A stretch of DNA of 64,000 bases from Bryobacteraceae bacterium. Its GTDB lineage: Bacteria; Acidobacteriota; Terriglobia; Bryobacterales; Bryobacteraceae. Under the pieces are notes generated by a model. The model made no database searches. It had not been told where the DNA came from and saw only the letters and a list, made by a program, of their open reading frames with translations. The stretch spans positions 4,735 through 68,734 of the forward strand of contig DATJEI010000135.1 in assembly GCA_035496735.1 (NCBI GenBank), in the 5' to 3' direction. The number at the start of each line of letters is the position of its first letter. Within the stretch, counting starts at the first letter, position 1. Of this stretch, positions 29,508-37,393 are shown in pieces. Made by a program: the position numbers and the translations under genes.

Positions 29508-30731
29508 GTGGAAGAAAGTACCCTTACCGTTCTGCTGATTGAGGACAGCCCGCAATTCGCGCAACTCGTGCAGCACTGGCTCGCCAACATGGCCGGCGGC
29601 GCAGCCTTCGTTTTGAACTGGACCGACTCCCTCGCCGATGGCATGAGCCGACTCGATCGCGGCGGCGTCGACGTCATCCTGCTGGATCTTGGACTCCCCG
29701 ATTGCAGCGGCATGGAGACCTTCCTTCAAGCCCGGGATCGCGCCCTCAGGACGCCCATCGTGATCCTCAGCTCCGCCGATAGCGAGTCGCTGGCGCTGGA
29801 GATGATTCAGGAAGGGGCCGAAGATTATCTGGTCAAAAGCACGTGCGACGCCGAATCGCTCGCTCGGGCCGTGCGCCGCGCCGTGGTCAGGCGTAAATCG
29901 CACGCGGCTGTTATGCCGGTGGCTTCCGCCCTCAACCCCGTGATCAGCGTCGTCGGCGCCAAGGGAGGCAGTGGCACCACCACCATCGCATGCACCTTGG
30001 CGGCTGAACTGCGCCAGCAGACCGGCCAAAAAGTCCTCATCGCGGACTTGGATCCCAGCGGCGGATTAGTGTCGTTTCTCACCGGCGTCGAATGCCAGTA
30101 TTCTATGCGGGACGCCATCAGCAACCTGCAGCGCCTGGACGCCGCCGTCTGGGAATCCCTCGTGGCGCGGAATCCCGATGGGCTGGAGGTGATGTGCTCG
30201 CCCAACCCCGGCCAGGAAGAAATTGACAACGGCCGGTTGCGGGAGGTCCTGGATTTCGCGCGGCCCCTCTATGCCTGGACGGTCATCGACCTGGGGCGCC
30301 TCAACTATAAGTCCGTGAATCTGCTGGGAGCCGACGGCGAAGTTTTTGTGGTGACGGCCGCCACTATCCCGGCCTTATATAACGCCAAGCGCGCAGTGGA
30401 GACCTTGCTGGCCGCCGCCATCGATGCGGACCGCATTCGGCTCATCGTGAATCATATAGGCGGAAAACACGAGGTATCCCGCGAAGACATGCAGAGTATG
30501 TTTGGCGTTCCAGTGTACGCCACGGTACCGAGCGATGAGTCCGAAGTGCATCAGGCGTGTGTTCAAAAACGACTGCCGGGCGTGCAAAGTCACATTCGCA
30601 AAGCCGTCGCTGCCCTGGCGCGGAAAATGACGGGCCTACCCGAACAACGTAAAGCCAGTGCCTTGACCTCGCTGGTCTCCTTCGCCCGATTCCGCAGACC
30701 CTCCGGGGACGCCGCGTCGTCCTCCCTTTGA
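29508..30731 (+). CDS. receiver + ParA/MinD-fold ATPase (TadZ/CpaE-like) with a canonical receiver
   Basis: REC with LLIEDSP, ILLDLGLPDCSG, ILSS and YLVKS. The ParA-like domain has VVGAKGGSGTTTIA, a deviant Walker A that lacks the GK[ST] lysine. Confidence 0.85.
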   Translation: MEESTLTVLLIEDSPQFAQLVQHWLANMAGGAAFVLNWTDSLADGMSRLDRGGVDVILLDLGLPDCSGMETFLQARDRALRTPIVILSSADSESLALEMIQEGAEDYLVKSTCDAESLARAVRRAVVRRKSHAAVMPVASALNPVISVVGAKGGSGTTTIACTLAAELRQQTGQKVLIADLDPSGGLVSFLTGVECQYSMRDAISNLQRLDAAVWESLVARNPDGLEVMCSPNPGQEEIDNGRLREVLDFARPLYAWTVIDLGRLNYKSVNLLGADGEVFVVTAATIPALYNAKRAVETLLAAAIDADRIRLIVNHIGGKHEVSREDMQSMFGVPVYATVPSDESEVHQACVQKRLPGVQSHIRKAVAALARKMTGLPEQRKASALTSLVSFARFRRPSGDAASSSL

Positions 30732-32032
30732 GACACGGCATGGACAACGACACCACCATTCTGCTGATCGACGAAGATTCCGCCGGCATAGAGCCGATTA
30801 GACGGGTTTTAGGCGACCAGGCCAATCGCTTTAAGTTGCGGCGCGTCGCCGACGTGTCCACTGCCCTGGCGCGCATCCGCGGCGGCGGAATTGACCTGGT
30901 GTTGCTGACTCTGCGGGCCAGCGCGAAACCGGTCGAAATCAGCGGCTGCGTGGGAGATCCGTTGGCTCCGTTCCTCGAATTGCAGCAGAACGCGCAAGGC
31001 GCGCCGGTGGTGGTCCTCTGCGATTCCGCCGGCGAAGTTCTCGCCCAAACCGCGGTCAAGCAAGGCGCGGCGGCTTATCTGCTCCGCGAAGCCTTGGCAC
31101 CGGATCTTCTCAATCTGCTGCGCTCCGTTGCCGGCAAAAGCGCGCTTTCCTCCACAATCCCGCGGACGCGCGCGCCCCACGGAAAAGGTGGTGAGATCAT
31201 CGCATTCATGGGTGCTAAGGGCGGAGCAGGTGCAACCACCGTAGCCTTAAATGTGGCTGCCGCCCTGGCCGGCCACCGGCGCGTGATTCTCGTCGAGTTG
31301 CACGCGGAGTTGGGATCCCTGCACCTCTACTTCCAGCCTCATCGCTCCATCCGCGACATCGGCGACCTGCTTGCCGCGGCGGATCGAGCGGAAGAAATTC
31401 CGCTGCACGAATTGGAATCCTGCCTGTGGCCGGTTAAGAATGTGCCGGGGCTCCAGGTGTTGTTTGGCCCGCGAAGTCAGCAGAATTCCGCTCCCCTCAA
31501 TCCCGCGAATGCAGCCGGCATTCTTGCGCGCGCCTCGGAAATCGCGGATTACGTGATCGTCGACCTGCCGGCATCGCTCTCCGAAATCAATCGCGTGGTG
31601 CTTGAAAATTCCGCCTGTCTGGCGCTGGTGGTGGAGCGCGACCCCATCTCCGTCCAGTCCGCAAAATTGATTCTCAACCGTGTGGATTCCTGGAAAGCCG
31701 GTAGACTCAGCATCGGCGCCGTGATTCTGAATCGCGCGGCCCTGGTTTCGCCCGTTCCATTCGCGGAGATCGACGCGGAGCTTCACATCCCCACGCTGGG
31801 CGTGATCCCTCCGGCGCCCGATCTGTGCGCGGCCGCCCAGCATGCCCATTCTCCAATGCTGACGCTCGATGCGGAAAGCCTCGCGTCCGTTGCGCTGCGC
31901 GACTTGGGCCGGAAGATCGAGGAACTGATGCCGTCGCCTCGGCCCGCTGAGCGCACCGAAACCCGGCCTCTTGCGGCGGGACAGGTTCACCAGCGTGCCA
32001 GTCCGAACATGACCCGTGCCGGAACCCGTTAG
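30728..32032 (+). CDS. degenerate receiver + ParA/MinD-fold ATPase (second TadZ/CpaE-like paralog)
   Basis: 4-nt overlap with the upstream gene. The receiver-like N-terminus has Thr at the acceptor position (LVLLTLRAS) and Arg for the conserved Lys (YLLRE). The ParA-like domain has FMGAKGGAGATTVA. Confidence 0.8.
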   Translation: MRHGMDNDTTILLIDEDSAGIEPIRRVLGDQANRFKLRRVADVSTALARIRGGGIDLVLLTLRASAKPVEISGCVGDPLAPFLELQQNAQGAPVVVLCDSAGEVLAQTAVKQGAAAYLLREALAPDLLNLLRSVAGKSALSSTIPRTRAPHGKGGEIIAFMGAKGGAGATTVALNVAAALAGHRRVILVELHAELGSLHLYFQPHRSIRDIGDLLAAADRAEEIPLHELESCLWPVKNVPGLQVLFGPRSQQNSAPLNPANAAGILARASEIADYVIVDLPASLSEINRVVLENSACLALVVERDPISVQSAKLILNRVDSWKAGRLSIGAVILNRAALVSPVPFAEIDAELHIPTLGVIPPAPDLCAAAQHAHSPMLTLDAESLASVALRDLGRKIEELMPSPRPAERTETRPLAAGQVHQRASPNMTRAGTR

Positions 32033-32112
32033 AGCCGCCGGGTCCGGCGGAATAAGATGCCGTTGAACTCAGTTCTCCCCGTCCCGCCCGCCAGCCAGCA
32101 CTGGCGGAAACC

Positions 32113-32433
32113 GTGATCACTCCGCCCACGAAACTCACGCCGGCACTGGTTTCCGAGTACCTGCAGAGCTGCCGCAGAGAGCTGGCTCAACTAAAGGCTG
32201 CCCTCGCGGCGGGCGAATATCAGACCGCGCGCCGCCTGGGCCATCAGATGAAAGGAACCGGCGAGCCCTACGGCTTTCCCAGCCTCACCCAGATCGGCAG
32301 AGCGATTGAATGGGCCGCGTCCAAACGAGTAGTTCCGGAACTCGAGAGCCAGATTCAGAGGCTGGAAGTGTGCTTGAATAGCATCGACGTCGCCTCCAAA
32401 CTGGACTCAGGGCCGCCGGAGCCAGCGGCGTAA
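32113..32433 (+). CDS. stand-alone Hpt phosphotransfer protein
   Basis: 106 aa with the GHQMKGTGEPYGFPSLTQIG motif (HxxKG). Confidence 0.7.
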   Translation: MITPPTKLTPALVSEYLQSCRRELAQLKAALAAGEYQTARRLGHQMKGTGEPYGFPSLTQIGRAIEWAASKRVVPELESQIQRLEVCLNSIDVASKLDSGPPEPAA

Positions 32434-32786
32434 TCCCGCACCAGACCCACGAACGTCCGTGTGTCGATCGGCTTCGTAATATACCCGTCGCATCCGGCGG
32501 CCCGCGCGATCTCCTCGTCCCCGTTGATGGCCGAAGCTGTTAACGCGACAATTGGCACATTCTGCAAGGAGCCGTCCCGCCGCAGATGCCGCGTTAGGGC
32601 CAGCCCGTCCATGCCGGGCATCTGAATATCCATGAGGATCATATCCGGGAGGCTGCTCTCCAGCGCCTGGAGTGCTTGTTCGGCATTTTCGGCGGTCCGC
32701 ACCTCGAATCCGTCCTGCATCAGCAGGAAACGTGTCAACTTCAGATTGGGAACGCTGTCATCCACCAGCAGAATCGATTTATTCAT
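32355..32786 (-). CDS. single-domain CheY-like response regulator
   Basis: MNKSILLVDDS start, MILMDIQMPGMDG, ALTAS, YITKP. It is a close paralog of the receiver of 26616-27824. Its 3' tail overlaps the convergent Hpt gene. Confidence 0.85.
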   Translation of the reverse strand: MNKSILLVDDSVPNLKLTRFLLMQDGFEVRTAENAEQALQALESSLPDMILMDIQMPGMDGLALTRHLRRDGSLQNVPIVALTASAINGDEEIARAAGCDGYITKPIDTRTFVGLVRDYAAGSGGPESSLEATSMLFKHTSSL

Positions 32787-32860
32787 CAGCTGCGTCCTTT
32801 CCCTCCTCATCGGCCATCTCGGCGCACTATAGATCTCCAATCTCGCGCACAATAGATTCG

Positions 32861-33577
32861 ATGGAACCCAACTTCTTCCTCCGCGCCCTGGCATGGCTGG
32901 GCCGCCATGAGCTGGCAATTCTCCTCGCCATCGGCAGCCTCGCCGCCGGCGTCTGGCTCTTCGCCGCGCTTGCCGATGAGGTCATGGAAGGAGACACGCG
33001 CAAAATTGATCGCACTCTGCTCCTCGCCCTGCGCCGGCCCTCCGATCTTCAGCCTCTCGGCCCGCCCGCCCTGCTGAATGCGGCTCGCGACATCACCGCT
33101 CTCGGCGGCGCGGCCGTCCTGACGCTGCTCACTGCCGCCGTAAGCCTGTTCCTGGCACTCGACGGCAAGAAGCACATGGCGCTGTTCGTCTGCGGGTCCA
33201 TTGGGAGCGGCTTGCTGGTCAGCAACCTTCTCAAGGACTCCTTCGACCGCCCGCGCCCCGACATCGTGCCCCACGAAGTTTACGCCGCCTCTTCGAGCTT
33301 CCCCAGCGGGCATTCCATGCTCTCCGCGCTCACCTATCTCACGCTGGGAGCCATCCTTGCCCGCTCGCAGGAGCGTAAGCTCCTCAAGGCCTACTTCCTA
33401 TTGATCGCGGTGTTCCTCACCGTGCTGGTCGGCGTCACGCGCGTCTACCTGGGCGTGCATTGGCCCACGGACGTGCTAGCCGGCTGGACCGCCGGAGCCG
33501 TTTGGGCCCTCCTCTGTTGGCTACTCGCTCGCTGGCTGCAAAGCCGCCGCGCCCTCGAACCCGAAGCCAGGCACTAG
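32861..33577 (+). CDS. PAP2 superfamily phosphatase (membrane)
   Basis: The three PAP2 motifs: KDSFDRPRP, PSGHS, RVYLGVHWPTDV. The start is set at ATG 32861; the upstream part of the tracked ORF overlaps the CheY-like gene. Confidence 0.9.
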   Translation: MEPNFFLRALAWLGRHELAILLAIGSLAAGVWLFAALADEVMEGDTRKIDRTLLLALRRPSDLQPLGPPALLNAARDITALGGAAVLTLLTAAVSLFLALDGKKHMALFVCGSIGSGLLVSNLLKDSFDRPRPDIVPHEVYAASSSFPSGHSMLSALTYLTLGAILARSQERKLLKAYFLLIAVFLTVLVGVTRVYLGVHWPTDVLAGWTAGAVWALLCWLLARWLQSRRALEPEARH

Positions 33578-33838
33578 CCCACAGTCGCCGCCGGCAAGCG
33601 CTAATCACACACCACTGGTGCGCTCCAGCCCCGCTCGAAGTGCAGATCATCGTGAACCACACACGCACTGCCAGCTACACCGGACCTCCCCGACTTGAAC
33701 TGGCCCGACGCAAAGTTCTAGGGCTCGTACGCCACTAACCCGCAGCCACGCGTCCCCGCTGATCGGCAACTCTGACCGCACCGTGGCCAGCGCCGCCAGT
33801 CGCCGGCCTGCGCCGCCCCGGGGCTCATGCCGCAAGCC

Positions 33839-34924
33839 CTAGCTCGCCTGTGCCGTCTGAATCAGCGCGCGAATGTATCCGTAGCAATAGGCGAAGGACT
33901 GCAATCCACGAGGATCATTCGCCGCCTCCGGCACATGATCCGGCATCAACATGTACGGATAACTGACTTCCTTATACACCTGAATGGCCTTGACGAAATC
34001 CACGTCGCCCTCATCCGGATACGTTTCCACAAAATCGTCGCGATGGCCGCGAATATTGCGGAAGTGCACGTTAAAAATCTTCCCCCGAGATCCGAAATAC
34101 CGGATCACATCGAAAATTTCCGTGCCCGGGTTCTGCAGCATTTCCGAAACCGTTCCCTGACAGAAATTGAGGCCGTGATACGGACTCTCTTTAATACTCA
34201 CCAGCCGCTTCAACCCATCCACGGTTCCCAGCACGCGCACCACTCCCTGATAGCCTTCCGGGGGAACGCCGGGGTCGTGCGGATGGCAAGCCATGCGGAT
34301 CTTATACTCCTGCGCCACTGGAATCACGCGATCCAGAAAATAGGTAATGCGTTCCCAGGCCGCATCCGCGTCGACTTTGCCCGCACGCGTCAGCGGCGTC
34401 GCCGGGTGCGCCTCCCTCAGACGCCACGTGCTGTACCTTGCGTCCCCTCGCCCCGGAGTGCGCTCCGTGCGGATCACGCCCAGCAGGCTCATGTTGTATT
34501 TAATCGATGGAATCCCCGCCGCGGCGCAATTCTTAATCATGGTTTGCAGCGACTCAATATCGCGGTCGCGCTGCGGGCTCTCGGCCAGCATGATGGCGGG
34601 ATGTTTTTCCTTGTCGATATGGCTCGACTCCAGAAACGGCGGAGCCGTGCAATCCACCGTGATCCCGTTCTTCTCTGCCAGCTCGCGCATCTGCTTGAGT
34701 TCATCGACAGTCGCGTAAATCCGGTCGCCGGCGATCTCGGGATATCCGCAAATGTTGCGCACTCCGTAGCGCGCCAGGTATTTCAAGTGCGTTTCGTTGG
34801 TGGGCGCGCTCTGGCACCCGAGCTTCATCAGCGCGCGTCCCGGCGTGGCCGCAGCCACCGGTATCGAAGTCAGACTCGCAGCCGCGGCTGCGCTCGAAAC
34901 AGTTACAAATCGTCGGCGATTCAT
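33839..34924 (-). CDS. mannonate dehydratase (UxuA) family protein with a twin-arginine signal peptide
   Basis: MNRRRFVTVSSAAAAASL Tat-like N-terminus. IPVAQEYKIRMACHPHDP, NVHFRNIRG and LMPDH align by eye with E. coli UxuA regions (recalled sequence). Confidence 0.75.
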   Translation of the reverse strand: MNRRRFVTVSSAAAAASLTSIPVAAATPGRALMKLGCQSAPTNETHLKYLARYGVRNICGYPEIAGDRIYATVDELKQMRELAEKNGITVDCTAPPFLESSHIDKEKHPAIMLAESPQRDRDIESLQTMIKNCAAAGIPSIKYNMSLLGVIRTERTPGRGDARYSTWRLREAHPATPLTRAGKVDADAAWERITYFLDRVIPVAQEYKIRMACHPHDPGVPPEGYQGVVRVLGTVDGLKRLVSIKESPYHGLNFCQGTVSEMLQNPGTEIFDVIRYFGSRGKIFNVHFRNIRGHRDDFVETYPDEGDVDFVKAIQVYKEVSYPYMLMPDHVPEAANDPRGLQSFAYCYGYIRALIQTAQAS

Positions 34925-35041
34925 CAGCGTTTCACTCCTCCCGATTCGAAATTACTATACATTGTCCCGACCGGAGCCGGTATGCCGCCCGGCAAATCGC
35001 AACTTCATTGCACGTGCTTCGCCGCAACGGTTCACCCCATC

Positions 35042-35074
35042 TATCTGTGTCCATCGGTTCCCATCTGTGAGCCA
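35042..35074 (+). repeat. short intergenic repeat, copy A (tatctgtgtccatcggttcccatctgtgagcca)
   Basis: 30 of 33 nt are identical to 37361-37393 in the same orientation. It translates as ICVH-type pseudo-peptide, as in REP-like elements I recall from Acidobacteria. Confidence 0.7.
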
Positions 35075-35281
35075 GAAAAATGCTGCCGCTAGGCCCGCCG
35101 TCTTGGCAGCATCGCGATCGCGACATCTTCGTCGATCAATTCACCGCGCTCCGCCTTGGGCAACCTTCGCCCTGGCATAGATCCTTCGATACGCCGCGTT
35201 TTAATAGCATCGATTTTAGTCCATAAGACTTACCGGGATGACCAATCAAGCAGCGAAAGCACGAGTGTGTAATTCGCCCTC

Positions 35282-36472
35282 CTACCTCAAAAAGTAATCC
35301 GCCTTCCCCATCTCCGCCGGCACCGCCACATCGAAGAACCCGATCATCATCTCGTCCCAGCTCTGCTGCCCGTACCGCACCTCAGCCGAAGGGTCCGGAT
35401 TCCGTGGATTATTCGGCGAATTATCGAACCACGCCATCCACTCCAGCCGCGTCCCCTTCTTCAGCGCTAGCGGAGTCGCCAGCCGGTAAGTCATCTGCCA
35501 GTAAAAATCGTACTTGCTCACCTTCAGCAGCGTCTCCGGCAGCCCGTTGTCGCCGATGCGCGTATATTCGAACGCTTTCCCGCGCAAATGCATGTGCGGA
35601 AAAAATCCCAGCAGCAGCGCATCGTTCGGCAGCGTGCCTCCCACGCGCACGCGGTAATCCCGCTCGCCCGGCGGAATCGTGAACGTGTCGTTGCCCATCT
35701 GCAGCGTCAGCACCGCCTTTTCCGGAGGTGACTTAGCGAACACCAGCCCCACCCGCTCACGGTCCGTCGTGGGCCTGCCGTTCGGCGTGTAGTGAATCTC
35801 AAACACCAGATCGGACCCCGCCTTCACCCGCTTGGCCATCCCCTGCGGCCACACGTCGGGCGAGCTTCCCGGCGCGTACACCGTCAAAATATCGGCCTTG
35901 GTCGGACCTCCCGTCCACGTCGATCCCGGCTCGCGAATGTACACCACCACGTGATGCACCACCGCCCGATTCCCCGGTCGCACTTCCACGCCCTGCACCC
36001 AGCGGTCTTTGGTAAACCCCGTCGGAGCCGCGAAATACTGATACTCTACCGCGCCCTTCGCCGGCACATCGAACGCGCGCGGCATCTCCACCACCTGATC
36101 CGGCGTGCCCAAATTCCAACCCCGCGGCCACTCACGCGCCTGCGGAGCGTCTTTCGCATCGCCCTCCGCGGCGCCCGTCGACGCCCACGCGCCCAACGTA
36201 TCGATCTCCGCCGCCGTTAGCGACCGGTCATTGGCGAACTTCCCGCAGCAGGGATCGCCAAACCACGGCGGCATCTTGCGCGTTCGCGTCGCCTCGCGGA
36301 TCGCCTTCGCCCACGGCCGCGTCTCCCGATAAGTGACCAGCGGCATCGGAGCCATCTCCCCCGCCCGATGGCACTCCTGGCAGCGATTTTGCAGGATGGG
36401 AAGAACGTCGCGATAAAACGTAGGGGATGCGGCCAGCGCTGGCCAAGCGATCAAAACCCACGCCCACCGCAT
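35282..36472 (-). CDS. secreted CxxCH heme-motif + PHM/DBH-like copper monooxygenase-fold protein (paralog 1)
   Basis: Signal peptide MRWAWVLIAWPALAASP. Motifs present are CQECH, HHVVVY, PHMHLRGK (HxH) and SWDEMM. The tracked ORF extends to 36508. Confidence 0.8.
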   Translation of the reverse strand: MRWAWVLIAWPALAASPTFYRDVLPILQNRCQECHRAGEMAPMPLVTYRETRPWAKAIREATRTRKMPPWFGDPCCGKFANDRSLTAAEIDTLGAWASTGAAEGDAKDAPQAREWPRGWNLGTPDQVVEMPRAFDVPAKGAVEYQYFAAPTGFTKDRWVQGVEVRPGNRAVVHHVVVYIREPGSTWTGGPTKADILTVYAPGSSPDVWPQGMAKRVKAGSDLVFEIHYTPNGRPTTDRERVGLVFAKSPPEKAVLTLQMGNDTFTIPPGERDYRVRVGGTLPNDALLLGFFPHMHLRGKAFEYTRIGDNGLPETLLKVSKYDFYWQMTYRLATPLALKKGTRLEWMAWFDNSPNNPRNPDPSAEVRYGQQSWDEMMIGFFDVAVPAEMGKADYFLR

Positions 36473-36499
36473 ATCCCCGAGTATACTGCCGAGTAAAGC

Positions 36500-37315
36500 A
36501 TGAATCACATCCTGATCCTCGGCTGCGGCTTCACCGGTCAGCGCGTGGCCCGCCGCTTTCTCGCCCGCGGCTGCCAGGTCACCGTAACCACGCGCACGCC
36601 CGCCCGCCTCGCGTCACTCACCCAGCTCGGCGCACGCGTTATTACGCTTGACGATCTCGCCGCGCACCTGCACCCTGGCGTTCTCGTCCTCCATTCCATC
36701 CCGCCCTCCGGCCCCGCATATCTCGTCGACGCCCTCGGTACTGCCCCCGCGCGACTGGTTTACCTCTCCACCACCGCCGTCTATGGCAGCGCGACCTACG
36801 TCGACGCAACCACCCCCGTCGATCCGCAATCCGACCGCGCCCGCACCCGTCTCGCAGCCGAACAGCGCGTCGTTGCCGGACCCTGGTCGTCCCTCATCCT
36901 CCGCCCTGCTGCGATCTACGGACCCGGCCGCGGCGTCCAGGAATCCCTTCCGCGCTGCGCCTATTACTCCGGCGACAACTACGTCAGCCGTATCCACGTG
37001 GATGATCTCGCCGCCCACGCCGAAGCCGCATTACTTTCGAATCTCGAAGGCGCCTACCCCGTCGCCGACGAAGACCCCTGCACTACCCGTGAAATCGCCG
37101 AGTTCTGCGCCCGTTTCCTGCACTTGCCCTCCGTGCCTCAACCCGGGCCGGGGACGAAAGCCCGCACTACATCCAACCGCCGCGTCGACGGCTCCGCGAT
37201 CCGCAACGCTCTCGGCATTACGCTGACTTACCCGTCCTACCGCACCGGTATCCCCGCGTCGCTAGTCACCAAGCCCGCTCAACGGACGAATTGGCTCACG
37301 GATGAAAACCGATAG
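36500..37315 (+). CDS. NAD(P)-dependent epimerase/dehydratase-type (extended SDR) oxidoreductase
   Basis: ILILGCGFTGQRVARRF Rossmann motif, 271 aa. Confidence 0.8.
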   Translation: MNHILILGCGFTGQRVARRFLARGCQVTVTTRTPARLASLTQLGARVITLDDLAAHLHPGVLVLHSIPPSGPAYLVDALGTAPARLVYLSTTAVYGSATYVDATTPVDPQSDRARTRLAAEQRVVAGPWSSLILRPAAIYGPGRGVQESLPRCAYYSGDNYVSRIHVDDLAAHAEAALLSNLEGAYPVADEDPCTTREIAEFCARFLHLPSVPQPGPGTKARTTSNRRVDGSAIRNALGITLTYPSYRTGIPASLVTKPAQRTNWLTDENR

Positions 37316-37360
37316 ACACAGATAGCTCGTGGCCCCAGTTCGACTAGATTTGATCTTTCT

Positions 37361-37393
37361 TATCTGCGTTCATCGGTTCCCATCTGCGAGCCA
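37361..37393 (+). repeat. short intergenic repeat, copy B (tatctgcgttcatcggttcccatctgcgagcca)
   Basis: 30 of 33 nt are identical to 35042-35074. It lies 46 nt downstream of the SDR stop. Confidence 0.7.

Noticed and set aside
25239-32032. Reading cpaF plus two TadZ-like genes as a complete Tad/Flp pilus locus
   Set aside because: No pilin, prepilin peptidase, CpaB/RcpC, secretin, TadB/TadC or TadD/G-like genes are present in or next to the cluster. It is therefore described as an orphan ATPase/regulatory island.
32672-32860. N-terminal extension of the PAP2 ORF
   Set aside because: It overlaps the CheY-like gene start on the other strand and has low complexity. ATG 32861 (MEPNFFLRALAWL) is a plausible membrane-protein start.
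33827-35092. 421-aa plus-strand ORF opposite the UxuA-like gene
   Set aside because: Arg/His-rich shadow ORF. Its 3' end merely reads through the REP-like element (the SICVHRFPSVSQ pseudo-peptide).
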